Assembly (NCBI GenBank): GCA_046562895.1
Contig: CM102171.1
Span: forward strand, 24,215,509-24,279,508
Length of the DNA: 64,000 bases
Reading direction: 5' to 3'
Source: Trichechus inunguis
Lineage: Eukaryota
The position numbers and the translations under genes are program-made. Numbering within the stretch: position 1 is the stretch's first letter; every line of letters starts with the position of its first letter. The notes below the pieces were generated by a model, which saw only the letters and a list, made by a program, of their open reading frames with translations, was not told the origin of the DNA and made no database searches. Positions 22,791 to 41,796 of the stretch are shown here, piece by piece.

Positions 22791-24562
22791 ATAGACGAAA
22801 GATTCTTATTCTTTTCTAGGGACCCCTGCCTAGCAACTTGACATCTGGAGGATGATCCCAAGTCTCTTTGGTGCTGCTCTTGGCCTCTCATTCTCCCCCA
22901 CCATTTTGTCCCTCTAGAAGATGTCTCAAAGCTCTTCTTTCACAACTCATTGAACACCTCAGTTTTGGGGGGACTCCTGGTTATGAGCAGCATCAACTCT
23001 GAAGCCTCCAAAGTGTTCCAGAACCATCACATGTCTCTTCACACTCAGCCAACAAGGACACCACCAGGGATCAAAGACTTTAATAAAGAGACAGGGATCT
23101 TCTCCTCCCCGCAACTCGGGCAGTACCCTGTGTGGCTTCTCTGGAAGGCAGCATTACCTGGGGTAGAAAGGCCCTTTTTTGCTGGGTATGGGCAGATTAT
23201 TGGAATAGTTTTAATTCAGGCAGTTATCTATCAGCCTGTTGGCAAAGGCAAGCTCCTGGATCCAAACCTAGCCTCCTAGCAAACTCCAGCACCTTAGGGT
23301 CTAGGCCGGTGGCATCTGGAGGGGTCCACCTTTTCTTCCAAGGGGCCACCACTGCCACCAACATCAGTGCTGAGGACCCTGCACCTCTAACCTCTGGGGC
23401 TTATGCTTATGGGAACACCTCATACCAGATTAAGTAAAGTTCAATTAATTTGAAGAAGAGTTCTTTAGAGAAACACTATGAAGTCCTTATCATGTTCAAA
23501 AGGACACCCACAAGGGCACAAAACAAGCCCATCGTTTATGAAATCCTGCAAATCTGCATAATACTTGGTAGAAATGTAACAGTAGATATGCTTAAAATGC
23601 CAAAAACATGAGAAAGAAAAAAAATGGTATACTTAAATTTTCAAAAGGGGGGGGTGTGTTTTAGGTGAACTGGTCAGAAGACACATTGAGAGCTTTTGCC
23701 TCCTGCCTAATAGTGAGGGAGGAACTACTGTCAGCTACCTTCCAGCTAGACAAGCTTAGTTCTAGCCCATCAAGTCCTGCTGAAGAGGGAGCCAAGGCCC
23801 AGAGAGCAGCTTGTCCCAGCCAGTCCCTCACAGAGGCTGAGCGGAAAGCCAGGCCAGCCTACTTGATACTACGCTGTGTCCAGTTTTAGATTTCCATCAT
23901 TTTTTCCAAATTGTTTTCCTTTCCCAGCCCTTCCTCCGAAGAGGCCACCATCACCATCCCCGACACTCTGTTATTTGCCTCCCCACACCCCACCAGCCCA
24001 GCTACCAATGGTGATTTTCTGTTTATTGCTCAAAAACAAAAATCCAGAAGCAAAGATGGGGAGTTTATGAGTTGGGGAGAGCGTAGGAAGGGGGCTGTGG
24101 CTTGTCCCAGCTTTCCCCTTCATCCCTGATCTTCTGACCCAACAGGCCCAGGAGTCAGGCCTGGGGCCAGGGCATCTGGGGGTGATATAGCCTCTGTGCT
24201 CGAGGGAACTTTGGTACTGTCAGGTGGTGGGGCAGTCCTTGTGGAATGCCCTGGGCTGGAGGGGCCCCAGGAGTTACAGGGGAGCTGAGTTCCCCTCCCA
24301 GGGTCCAAAAGCCAGTGATGGGCACGCAGGGTGGGGGCAGGCCGCTTGTTGGCAACTGAGAAGAGGAGGTTTTAGGCGGCAGGATGCTGGTTTATTTACT
24401 GTAGGGTCTCCAGGGCCATCAGAGCGCCCTCATGGGACTGGGAGACTATTTACACAGCAGGAAGGAGAGGAGCCAGGAGCCAGAGACCAGGTGCTGTACT
24501 CCCCCCTGCCCAGAATGAAGAGGGGAGGGACGTCCTGGGTCCTGCAGCCTCTATCTTGGGGT

Positions 24563-24592
24563 TCAGATGGAAACTTCATATTCCCGTGTATC
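24563..24592 (-). CDS. SEZ6L2: SEZ6L2 exon 18 (last coding): DTREYEVSI*
   Basis: Matches the human SEZ6L2 C-terminus. Acceptor is ctccag|GAT and the stop is RC(tca) at 24563-24565. Confidence 0.85.
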   Translation of the reverse strand, partial: DTREYEVSI

Positions 24593-25010
24593 CTGGAGAC
24601 AGAGAGATGGTATCAGTTGCTAGAGTAGGATGAGGGTGGAGGGGGCAGCAAAATGGAAAGAAGCATCCAAAAGAGTGAAAGACCCACCCAACGCTGATCA
24701 CTGCGGATTCAGAGTCATGGGGTGTGGAGGGGACTGAATCTGGCCGATGGATCTGTTTGGTTTGTTCTACAGTGTCTTAAAATCATAAAAATCTTAATTT
24801 CTGGACTATCTTAAACAGTTGGGAGATCTGGCAATTGGGCCTAAATTTCCAGTTGACAACAACGGGCTAGAGCTGCATCCTTTAGATGGGGCACAAGTTC
24901 TCCAATTAGCTACAGTACTCCCAACTCCCTATCATTCACACCTGACTCACTTTGCTCACAGACATGGCCTTTGTAGGCAGCTGAGTCTGAAATTCCCAAG
25001 TAAGAGATTA

Positions 25011-25575
<565 letters not shown>

Positions 25576-25583
25576 TCACTGAC

Positions 25584-25622
25584 CTTCCAGTTTTCGGTTG
25601 TCCAGGAGCTCCTCATAGGCCA
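25584..25622 (-). CDS. SEZ6L2: SEZ6L2 exon 15 (micro-exon): VAYEELLDNRKLE
   Basis: Homology; acceptor ctgcag|TG and donor G|gtcagt. Confidence 0.8.
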
Positions 25623-26068
25623 CTGCAGGGAAAGGAGGGAGGGGAGGGGGAGGGGGTCTGAGCCAGGGAGGGGAAGGAGGCTGGGTAGAGGGCCAGGAGC
25701 CCAGTGGGGCTGGGCTGGAGAACCTGGTTCTCTCTGCCCTCTGCTCAACCTAAACTTTCTCCTTCCCTTAGTGGGGAGAGAGAGGGGAGTGGTCAGAGCA
25801 GGGTCTTCTACCTCCTTCTCCAGACCCATAGAAGTTCTGGGGGTCCTGGACAGTCTCAGCTAGGTCTTCAGAATTTGTCAGATAGGGAAATAGGTTTACC
25901 CAGAGAGGGCAACGGACTTCCAAACCAAGGTTCCCTCTACTATGTCCCTTAGCATAATTCCATGACACTGAATTTCCCTAGGACTTCTGGATGCACCCGT
26001 GAGGATGACAACCCACAGGAGGTGAATGGGAAGCTCAGCAGAGTCACCCATTGGTCTCAAATCTGCTA

Positions 26069-26368
<300 letters not shown>

Positions 26369-26414
26369 CTATGAGCAGGTCCAGCGGGTGGCAGACAGGA
26401 TCTCCCCAAAGTCA

Positions 26415-26681
<267 letters not shown>

Positions 26682-28528
26682 TCAAAAGGTCTCAGAAGCT
26701 GAGAGCCTTGGGCCATCTCCCACCTTGCCCACCACTCCGCAGAATGAAGAGAGCAGGACTTGGAAAAACAAAATTCTGTACGTTTTATATTTCAGACTTC
26801 TTCCGCAAATAGCATGATTGGGGCAATCACAGGCTCCCACCCTAGGGTAATATATTCAAAATATTCAACCACTGTTCCAGAGCATTCCAGCTAAACACTA
26901 GCAGTGTCTGCCCTGCATGGCAGATGGTCCGGGGCAGAACAGCTGCTGGCCTCTTTAGAGGGGACACAGTGCTCCTGTTTCCCATCATTCCTACCATGGC
27001 CAGCCACCTTCGATCATTTTACTGCCTGTATGACCCCTGCAGGCATTTGAGTTTGCAACTCCTCTGTGGGAGAGTCAAAATCATAGCCATTTTTATATGT
27101 AACGTGTGCCAGGCACCCTGCTAAGCATTTTACAAACATGATACCATTTAACTCTCATGATCCCAAGAGGGCAATGTCACTGTCATCTCCCTCTAACAGA
27201 ACTCACAATGGTCAAATGACTGGCCCATGGTCACTCAGCCAGGGAGTGGCAGAGCTGGGCCCTGCTCAGGGTCAGGGCCATAGAACACTGGACTGAGATT
27301 CAGTAGAGTTGGGGCTGAGCTTAGCTTTGGGTTCAATGTGCCACCTTGGGCAGGCTCCCTCCTGAGCCTCAGCTTGCTTCCTCCTCTGGGCCAGCTGAAC
27401 TCTCATGAGCCCTGACATCCCGTGAATCCCTTTAGGGATGGGGAGCTCACTCTTTCCTCAGGTGTCACCTATACAGTTTTCCTTGTGTCCAGCCCAAATC
27501 CGGCTTCCTGAAACTTCTCCCCATTGGTCCCATAGGGCCACATGGAAGACTGACAGGGTTTCTGAAATTTGGAGAAAATGACAAGATGCCACCACTTTTT
27601 GCTCTTTTAAAAGATAAATGTTCCCAGTTCTTTCAAATGCCACCTCTTGTGAAATCTGCTGCCCCATACCTGAGAGAATGAATCCATCCCTCTTCCCACA
27701 CTCCTTCGTATGTATAGCAGCTATCACTTACTTGCTGTTCACCTGCACAAGGTACTGCATTAAAAAAATTTTATTTGCTTCTCACAACCCCCATTCCTAA
27801 TTCACCTATGAGGAAGCTGAGGTTCAGAGATGTTAAGTACCTTGCCGGAAGCCACTCATTGGTTACTTTTCTGTATTATCTGTAGGAATCTCTCCCTCTC
27901 ACAGACTGTGAGCTCCGTCAGGGTAGCTCACAGGGTAGAGGGGTCTGAACTCCACATAATCCCAACCTAGTACAAGGCTTCGATGACTGCCTTAAAATAA
28001 GGTAAGTTCTCACATTTTGATAAAAGATTCTATAGAAGAACCCTGGTCGAAAGGGAGAAAATGCAGAAAAGAATTTCAAATTCTCATGGAGTCCAGATTT
28101 GTTGGAGCCATGGAGGCTGAGTGAATCCCTGAAAGTATTGCCCTGAGATAATCTTAAACCAAAAATATCCCCTGAAGTCTTCTCAAAACCAAACAATAGT
28201 TAAGCTTAACTAGTAAAGAAAGTCTGCCTTGAGCGTTGTGCTCTTTTAAGATCTATCCATATGGGATCAATTTGACAACAGCAACTCGAAAGATTAGATG
28301 GGAAACCTAGGGGCAGTGAGTTTGTGTTAACGGAGGAGGAACAACTCGGAAAAGGAGGGTGAGAATGGTTGCAGAATTCAAAGAATGTAATCAACGTCAC
28401 TGAATTGTACATGTAGAAATTACTGAATTGATGTATGTTCACAACAACAAAAAGTAAAACAAACTATTTACAAAAATTAAAAAGGCAAGTTCTCTGAAGA
28501 AACTTGGCCTTAGCAAAGCGACTCCTCA

Positions 28529-29215
<687 letters not shown>

Positions 29216-29306
29216 TCAGGGCGCCCTTCCAGTCTCGCAGGCCTCGCCCCGGGGCGCCTTCCCGGGCTTGCTGGCCTGCTGGAGCTCTACCCATCTTGAG
29301 CGCCTA

Positions 29307-29546
<240 letters not shown>

Positions 29547-30310
29547 CTACAACCGGCCCCTCCCATTCAGTTCTGCCTAATCCCCAACTCTGTTCATTAG
29601 TAACTCTACCTACTCCCCAGCCCACCCCCATACATCACAGGTTTCTCCCCTTTGCTAGTCCCTTCACGTTCCACTAGTTCTGTGGCTCCTCCCAGTTCCT
29701 GCTGCCCAATCCCTAACCCCGCTCATTACTAATTCTTCCCCTCTCCAGTCTCTCCTCCATCCCCACAGATCCCAGCCTAGCCCAGCTCCAGCTCTGGCTA
29801 ATCACAGACAGTGCTCATGACCACCCTGCACAACTCCAGACCCTGTTGGAGTACCTGCTTTTTGGCTTGCCCACTCTGGTTCTGTCCAGTCACATGACCA
29901 CCTCATACTAAATCAGCTCAATGGATTCTCCCTATCCCCACCTTCACCCTGAGTGCTGGTGATGATGACACAGCTTGGGCCTGGGTCCCTGGAAATCACT
30001 CCAGGGGCAGCCTCAGAAATCAGCGAAGGCCAGAGCCCCTTTTTCACAAAAGCCCCTAAGGAAGGCTGCATTACCCCCACTTACTTGTCCAAGGTCACCT
30101 GGCTAATGAGTGATTTGAACCTAGGTCTACTGGCCACCCCTTCCCCCCATCATGAATCCTTTGCCCCACTTTTCTTGGACGATATATTCACTGAATCTCG
30201 TGTAGAAATAAAAGGGCCAGTCAGGCTTAGAATGCAAGCTGATCAGCCAACATAAGACACTTGACTGAGCCCACACCCACACTTGGCTGAGCCTACACTC
30301 ACACCCTCTA

Positions 30311-30544
<234 letters not shown>

Positions 30545-30859
30545 TCATTTGCACCAGTCTGCTTCAAACATTTCCCATTATCTATTATCCACTTGTTTCT
30601 TGCTACTTCTAGGTCCTGTTGCGCCCAATCCCTAACCCTGCTCTTAATGAACGACACCCGCTCCCCAGCTTGCCCATCACCACCATCCATGACTTAGCGC
30701 AATTCCAATTGTGGCTCTTGAAGGCGTTTGGGTTTGTGACGCCTGAATTCTATAACAAGTCTACCAATTATTCAGCTAAGAAAACTGCTGAGGCTCTGAC
30801 AGGAACAGGATTTACCCAAGGCTTCGATATGAAGGTCTCTCTCCTGAATGACCTTTCTA

Positions 30860-31153
<294 letters not shown>

Positions 31154-32797
31154 CTAGGACAGGTCCCAAGGGATCTCAAACTGGGGGCCTCGGGCTGAAC
31201 TCAGATGTGGTTTGGCACTCAGTGGGCTATTTAAAAGTTGATTGCCCTTGGACTTAACTTTCACTCTCCATTTTGCCAAGATCCCAAACACTCCTCATTC
31301 GCACATTTATGTTACCTCCTTGGTCTCTGGAGGGAAATCCCTAGGCTAGTCCAACCCCAGCCACCATTCTACAGATCAGGGAACAGAGGTCCACAGACAA
31401 AAAGCCACTTGGCCAAGGTCACATAGCTGGACAGTGGCAGAACCAGGCCTCCAACCCAGATCACTTGATTTCCAGTCACCACCATGTGGCTCTGGAAACT
31501 GCAAAGTGTGGGGAAGAGGTGCTTTTGGAGAACTGGCTTGTGTAGGTGTGTTCTCTTCTCAAAAATAGCAGTCAGATTCTGACCATCCCTGATTATCTAT
31601 GCTGTTGCTAGAATCCAAAATTGCAGTGAATTCAAAAGCTACTCAGTTTGGACTTTGGGCCAAGCCAACGAAAATGAACACTTGTCGAACACTTTCATTT
31701 TTGTCCACCTGATCACATCTTAGCTGCAAAACTACCTGAAACGTTTAGACTTAGGTTCCTGTGCTACAAATGAAGAATCTGAAACTGATGGAGATGCAAT
31801 GGCCCACAACTATGGGGCCAGGCTGCAAAGCCAGGAATTCTTATTAAAAGGCCAGCACTCGCTTTGCTTTAGCACTCTCAGAATCTATCAAACAATTTAT
31901 TTTTGCAGATCTACTGACCAATTTCACTGTTACATAACCTGATGAGGCGTCATGTTAAAATCCTACCCACCCATCAGGACCCAGTGCCATCCATTTCTCC
32001 CATAATTCATACCAGAAGCTAACCCTTCCCATTTCTGTTTTGCTTGCTTTGTCTCTTTCCTGCTACTGTTTGCACAAATCCTCTGCTCTAGCCACACTCA
32101 AATTGTTTCCCCAAATACCGGGACTTTCTATAGCTCCTCAATTTTGCTCACACTGTTCCTTCCACCTGGGATGCTCTTCCCCAATCTTCCTCTATTAAAA
32201 TATTCTCCATCCTTTAAGACTCGGCTCAAATGCTTCTTCTCCCATGATCACTGACCTCCGAGCAGGAAATGACTTTTACCTCCTCTGAATGAACACAGCT
32301 TTCTCCATCTTGTCCACAAGGTACCTTTATTGTAGCTCATAAATGTCTCCAGCACATGGCTACTGTTTCTATCTGCCTGGCATCTGTTTCCTCACCTTTT
32401 GGTCACACCTCTATTCTCCTTTGGGGAGACACATCAGAGATGACAATGTAATGTGGGTCTGCCAATTAGAACACCCCCCTAGCTACAGTAATTGCCTCAG
32501 GCATAGGCACATGACCCAAGCCAGACCAATGAGAGCCTTTCCTGGCATTTTCTGCTGATGCTCTCAGGAAAAAGATGCGCTTTCTCCTTCTCTCTCTGAG
32601 AACCTGCCTGAGAATGAACCCAACACAGAGGAAAAAAGAACTGAGAGATTGAGATAACTGGTCTCCTGACTGCACGCCTGGATCTAGCCATACCTGAAGC
32701 TTAACAGAAAAAGCCACCCGAGGGAATTAGAAGGCATCCGTATGAAGTGATCTTTGTAGTTTTAGGGTAAGGGTACAAGTCAGCTTTCAGAGATTCA

Positions 32798-33480
<683 letters not shown>

Positions 33481-33610
33481 GTTGTCCACTATACTGCCTA
33501 AGAAAGGGGAAGAATTAAACTGTGTTTGACCCCTAGCCCAATTGGGATCTAGTCCAGGTCTGTCTGACCCCCACTGTAACCTCCCTGCTGCCCTGAGGCC
33601 CAAATGCTTA

Positions 33611-33832
<222 letters not shown>

Positions 33833-34388
33833 CTAGGAGCCTCAGCCCTTCACAGTCCCATTGTCAGAAATGTCGCATCCACAACGTTGGCTGGGACCTG
33901 GCCCAGGGATGGCCTCTGCCCCACAGGCTTGCCCCAGAGGACAAGACCTTCTCCAGTTCACCACCCAGGAGGGGAATCAGCCCTGGAATAGAAAAGCCCC
34001 AGGATAGGCACCCCCTAGGATGGAGATTCCGCTAACATGAAGACTCCCTGGATAGGGACAGCCTGGGATGAAGACCCCCATGATTCAGACCCCATGATGG
34101 AGACCCCAGTTATAGGGATACCCAGAATTGAAACACTCAGGGGAAAACCTTCAAGATAGGGACTCCCAGAATAAAGGCTACAAAGGATGGGCTCCCCAGG
34201 ATGGAGACCTTCCAGATTATGGACCTGAGAATGGTTTCTCCTAGGATGAGGATGGCCCTAAGGAAGGGACCCCCCAAAATGGTGACTCTCAAAATGAAAA
34301 CTCTCTAGCTGGGACATCTTAGGAGACCCCCTGAGGATAGAGGCCCCCAGTATAGAGACATAAGAGACACCAGGACAGAGACTCTTCA

Positions 34389-34718
<330 letters not shown>

Positions 34719-35989
34719 TTATTTTCCCATGCCACTTTGTCACCCATCCCCTAGAGCTTGCTCCCCTCCTCCAGATTCCCGGAGGTTGAGGGGCACAAGC
34801 TAGCTCTACACTGGAGTCCACACTGACGAACAAAGGCCTCTCATACGGGCACACCTCCTCCCAAAGAGGTAATATCAACATCCCTTCTCTCTCCTAATCT
34901 TTGTCATCTACCCACTTTGGTCTCCATTTTATAGATGAGGAACTGAGACTCAGAGAAGTTATTCTGGATCCTGGCACTCATTTGCTTCATGACCTCAGGC
35001 AAATCAACTGATCACTGAATTCTGTCCAACTCTAATAATCACAAATAGTATTTGCAGGGCTTATTCAGCTTCCAAAGTGGGTTCACTGGGTACTTTTGAG
35101 GTAGGCAGAGAAAGACTCGGTGACCCATTTACCAAATGTGGAAACTGAGGCTATTAAGTAATTAAGCGCCTCATAGCATTTTCTCCCTTCCACACAAAGA
35201 CTTTTCCTCCGCTGAGGCACACTGTGGTATTGTGCCCTTATCTCTCATCTAGGGAAGCCAGATGAAACTACTTTAGGAACTTTGACTATTTTGTCTTTGA
35301 AGAGCTTATGGTAATACTCAGTGCCCTCAGTAAAAGTAAAGTGCTGGGAAAAGCTTTGTTTCCCTTGAGGAACTGGTGTGTCTTCTCCTTTCTTGCAGGG
35401 ACACATGTGTAGTCTCCCTTTTTGCACTGGATGCCAGGAAGCTCAGAACCAGGTTGAGGCTTGTTTCTAGCAGCAATGGTCTGTACAACCACTGGATGCC
35501 AACTTGTTTCTTATTGACTCTATATAATTGTATTGCTTGCATTATTTTTTGTAAGCCTCCTAAAATCCTTGTGTAATCAGATGGGATAAAACAAACAAAT
35601 AGAAAGTGACTTGGCAGTAAATGATGGACTCTAAACTTGATCCTACAGAGCTTTGTGTGTCTGTGTTTCAGAATCAGGCAGAACTCATCAAGAAGGGCTT
35701 TCTGGAGGAGGTGCAATAAAACTAGGACTTGAAGGAGAGGCAGACTTGGGTTAGCAGAGAACTTGGGAGATACCACCTTGCCTGGGCCTTTGCTTTCTCT
35801 GACTCTCCAACCCTGAGTGATTTTATGAGAGACCTAAGTCCCTCCCTACTTCATAATTCAACGAGCACTTCCTGGGTGGGCACTGAGGACACAGATGAAA
35901 AAGACCCAGGCTTTGACTTTCAGGAGCCTACAGTTTACTAAGGTAGTAGATACAAAACCAACCTTCTAGAACACAGTGATTTGCATAAT

Positions 35990-36142
35990 AAGCCCATTGC
36001 CCTCGAGTCAATTCTGACTCATAGCAACCCTATAGGATAGAGGAGAACTGTCCTATAGGGTTTCCAAGGAGCAGCTGGTGGATTCAAAGTGCCGACCTTT
36101 TGGTTAGCAGCCAAGCTCTTAACCACTGCGCCACCAGGGCTC
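35990..36142 (-). mobile_element. AfroSINE
   Basis: cccattgccctcgagtcaattctgactcatagcaaccctataggatagaggagaactgtcctatagggtttccaaggagcagctggtggattcaaagtgccgaccttttggttagcagccaagctcttaaccactgcgccaccagggctcc. Confidence 0.8.
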
Positions 36143-38721
36143 CAATTTGCATAATGTAGCCTCTGTAATGATTCTCAGTGGCCCACAGAATCAAGTCCAA
36201 ATGCTTTAGAATGACATTCAAGGCCCTCCGCAGCTGAGTCCAACCCAGCACCTCCAGCTTTGGTTCTCACCACTCACAACCCGTGTATCCTACACAAAAG
36301 TTTTGTGACTCCTTGAGGTCCCACCTTCATGCTTGTGCTCATACCATTGCCCCTACTTGAAAGGATCTCTCCTCTCACTTTCTCAGCTTTCAGAGAGTAT
36401 CTTAAATATGACCTCTTCCAGGAAGCCTTCCTGATGCCTCCCCTCCCCAACAGAGGTAGTTGCTCCCTTGTCTGTATACAGTCCTACGTGCATAATTCAG
36501 TCATCACATTAACCACCATCTATTGCTTTCCCCGTGAGATTGAACTAAGCCTTATTTAAAAATTTTTTTTAAATTAATTTTTGGTCTTCTAAAAATCTAG
36601 TCAACTGACAATTGATGCAGCCAAGAGGCAGTGTGGAATGGTACAAGAGCACTGGATTTGGAGACAAGCAACCTGAGTTCCAGTCCCAGCTCCGTGATTT
36701 ATTGCTGTATGACTTGGAGCAGGTGACTTCACCTCTAGGGGCCTCTCACCTGTAAATGGCAATAATAATTCCTACCACTGAGGATTGGCCTGAAAGTTAA
36801 ATTAAAAAAATACACAAAGCACCTGGCACAGAGAAGGTGCTCAGAAAATGTTAATCACCTACCTTTCAGCCTCAGTTCATGACTAACTGGGAGCCAGGGA
36901 CTCTGGGGTCTAACTCTGCAATGAATTTGCAGGTGGCTGAACAACCCACATAACTTTTGAGTGTTTTTGCACCTCTGAAAGATGGGGCTGACAACAGCCA
37001 TCTCCCAGGTTGCTGTGAGAAGCAAATGAACTCATGGTTGGTGAAAGGGCTTTGTAAATGGGAAAGTTTGCTGGACTTGGGGTAAAGGGTAATGGAGCCT
37101 TTGGCCTTTCAGAGAAAGTAATGGGCTGCTGTGGACCAGAGGCCCCAGTTTGTGCAAGTTGGAAAGGGCTTAAACAGGGCCTCGGTTCCAAGGGTGCCTG
37201 GAGCAGCTGCAAAGCAGGGAAGGCCAAGGCAGGTAATGAAGGCCAATTTATGTAATAGCCCTGCTTCCCCAAATGTTCCACTTAGCCTCCGAGTCCTATT
37301 TTAAATGCCCTGGGGAAATGGCTGCTGAGAGAAGACAGTGCGGATCCATTTTGTTAGGTATATCTGAAGTCCAGCCCTTGGCCCTGGGCCCCCACCAACC
37401 ATGTTCCCCACCAACCAGGCCCACTGCCACCAAGTACACGCGCCTAGCTCACTGGTCTCTTTAGGAATAGGCCGAGTGTTGGGTTCCTCTACCTTGCTCA
37501 CGTGAGCCCCTGGGGCAGGTTCTGAGCCTCAGGAGAAGCAGGAGAGAGAGGCTGGAGAGGATGTGAGGAAGAGACATAAGTTGTGTCTAGAGATGGTCCA
37601 CAAGGGACCTGGGGTCAGCAGAGCTCATGAGGGGCAGGGTACGTGGAGCCAGGAAAGGCTATGAGGTGACATGGCATTGACACCAACATGCAGGTCCTTC
37701 TCTGTTTCTGAGGAGCACAGGAAGAAGGGACCTTGGAGACTGGGGACAGTGGGCCAGGCCCCTTGCCTCATGCACACATGTATGCTAGAACACACACTAG
37801 CACTGTGGAATGTTCCTGTACACTTAGGTGGGTATGAGTGTAGTCACGTGTGTAGGTTGTCTGAGGGGTGAGTGCTTATGAATGCAGTCGTGCACGGATA
37901 TATCCCCACCCCACCCCTCTAGCTCCCAGAAGTGTCACTCTCTGAAGGCTTAAAACATTTCAAAATGCCTCCCCCTCACCCACAAGATGAAGTAGTTTGA
38001 ACTCATTATTGAAGCGGATAAGGCCCTCCATGATCTGAATCCAGCCTGCCTCCTAGCCTGGCCTCAGCCCACCTCTCTTCCACCACTGTCTGTGCTTTCA
38101 CTATGAGAGCAATAACTGACACCTTTTGAATTCTCACCATGTACCAGACATTGTTTTAAGCACTTGCCAAGCATTAACCCATTTGATCTTCCTAATAATA
38201 CCATGAGGTTGGTATTATGATCCCCATTTTTCAGATGAGACTGTGAGGCACAGAGAGGTAAGTAACTTGTCCAAGGTCACACAGCTAGGACAATTCTGTT
38301 TTTCATGCTGAATTACTTCAGTTCCTCAAGGGGTCACAATTTCTCACCTCTCTGGTCTTGGAATGTGCTTTTGCATCCATCTAGACACCTGCCTCCCTCC
38401 TTCCCTCCTTCCTTCCCTTCCCCTGACTAACTCATCCTTTAGAGCTCAACCTAGATATCACTTCCTCCAAGAAAGTGTCTCTATCTTCCTTAGTAGAAAC
38501 TTAGGTTCGTTTGATATTTGCTTCCCCTGCCTGTATTTCTTCCATCATAGTCCTTATCTCATTGAATTATAATCATCCTGATTACTTGTCTCTCTACCTA
38601 GATTCTGAGTCCCTTGAAACCAGATTTCTACCTGGTTGTTCATTCCTCTCCCCAAGGCTAACACAGGGCCTGGTCCAAAGTAGACACTCAATAAACCTTT
38701 GCTGAGTGAATGGATGAACTA

Positions 38722-39105
<384 letters not shown>

Positions 39106-39203
39106 CTAAAGAAACCAGCACGAGTCAGTCAGGGTGGGTGACTCCCTAAGACCCCCTGCCTTCCCTTTCCATTTGTAGTGGCCCAAACACCATGATGATA
39201 TTA

Positions 39204-39590
<387 letters not shown>

Positions 39591-39720
39591 TTAGATGTCT
39601 TCTCCCCAGCTCTCATTACCAACCTTATCCAGTGCCCTCGCTCCCACCTGGGCCCAGAACTCCCTTCCCCAACTGTAAAACAGATAAAACACATAGAAGG
39701 ATGCCTGGCACATAGTAACC

Positions 39721-40372
39721 AAACCAAACTTATTGCCATCGAGTCAATTCTGACTCCTGACAACCCCATGTGTTATGGAGTAGAACTGCTCAACGGGGTT
39801 TTCTTGCCTGTAATCTCTACAGAAGCAGATCACCAAGTCTTTCTTCCGTGGCACCTCTGGGTGGGTTCGAACCACCAACCTTTAGGTTTGTAGTTGAGTG
39901 CAAATCATTTTACGCCACCAGGGATCTTGGCACATAGTTTTTGTTGTTGTTGTGTGCCGTGGAGTCGATGCCAACTCATAGCAATCCTATACGACAGAGT
40001 AGAACTGCCCCACAGGGTTTCCTAGGCTATAATCTTTACTGAAGCAGATTGCCAGGTCTTTTCTTCTGAAGAGCAGCTGGTGGGTTCAAACTGTAGACCT
40101 TCTGGTTAGCAGCTGAGCTCTAAACCATTGCACCACCAGGACTCCTTTGGCACATTAACCAAAACAAACCAAGCCATTGCCATCAGTTGATTCCAACTCA
40201 CAGCGGTCCTACAGGACAGAGTAGAACTGCCCCATAGAGTTTCCAAGGCTGTAATCTTTATGGAAGCAGACTGCTACATCTATCTTCCTCGGAGCTGTTC
40301 GTGGGTTCTAACCACCAACCTTTGGGTTAGCAGCCCAGTGCTTTATCCACTCCGCCACCAGTGCGTCTTTGG
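39721..40372 (-). mobile_element. Three tandem AfroSINE copies (about 39721-39930, 39946-40150 and 40160-40372) in SEZ6L2 intron 3
   Basis: Each copy has the ...gagtcaattctgactc...ccaccaacctttaggtt...ccaccagggatct structure, head-to-tail in the same orientation. Confidence 0.8.
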
Positions 40373-40542
40373 CACATAGTAAGGGTAGATAAATGTTAGC
40401 CTGTATTATTATTATGCAGAAGTCTCTCTCCCATCTGTACTGTACTCAGAACCCCTTCTTCCACATATTCGCAGAAGCCCAGTCCCCCATCTAGACCTAG
40501 AATCCTCCTTTCCTACATGTGCACTCTTGGACACCACCTTCA

Positions 40543-40923
<381 letters not shown>

Positions 40924-41499
40924 TCAAGGCTGAGGGAGAGTGGGAGTCCATTACTGAACACAAAAGGCCTCCCCAAGGGTGTAGACTCCCCATCTTTCCC
41001 CTCCCTACCCAAGCTTCCACCTCCCCTCCTCCCAAGACTTCCACAGCCTGACCCTCACCCCTCTCTTCCCCTCCTAGGTCTCATCCCAGGCCCTTCCACC
41101 TTGACTGTCTCCTTGAGCTTCCCTCTCAGCCTCCCCATTCAGATCTGGCTCTCTTCTGGTTACCCCTTTCTTCTCTATGTCTCTCTTTTGCGCTCTCTGG
41201 AACTCTTTATTTCTCCATATAGTATTCTTATCTCTCTTGGATTTTGTGGCTGTACTAGTTTCTGGATCTCCCTCTCCCACCATTATATCTCTGAATCTGT
41301 GTGGTTCTGAGCTTCCATCTGTCTTTCTCTGTGTGTGTCTGTTCTTTTGCCTGTCTCTTGATCATCCTGTCTCTGTTTCTCTGGCTCTCTGACTGTCTAC
41401 GCCCAGTCTGACTCTCTCCAACTGTCTCTCTGTCTCCCTCTGAATTTCAATGGCCTTTCCGGGGAGTCTCATCCCCCTTTGCAGTCTCTCTCTCTCCTA

Positions 41500-41796
<297 letters not shown>

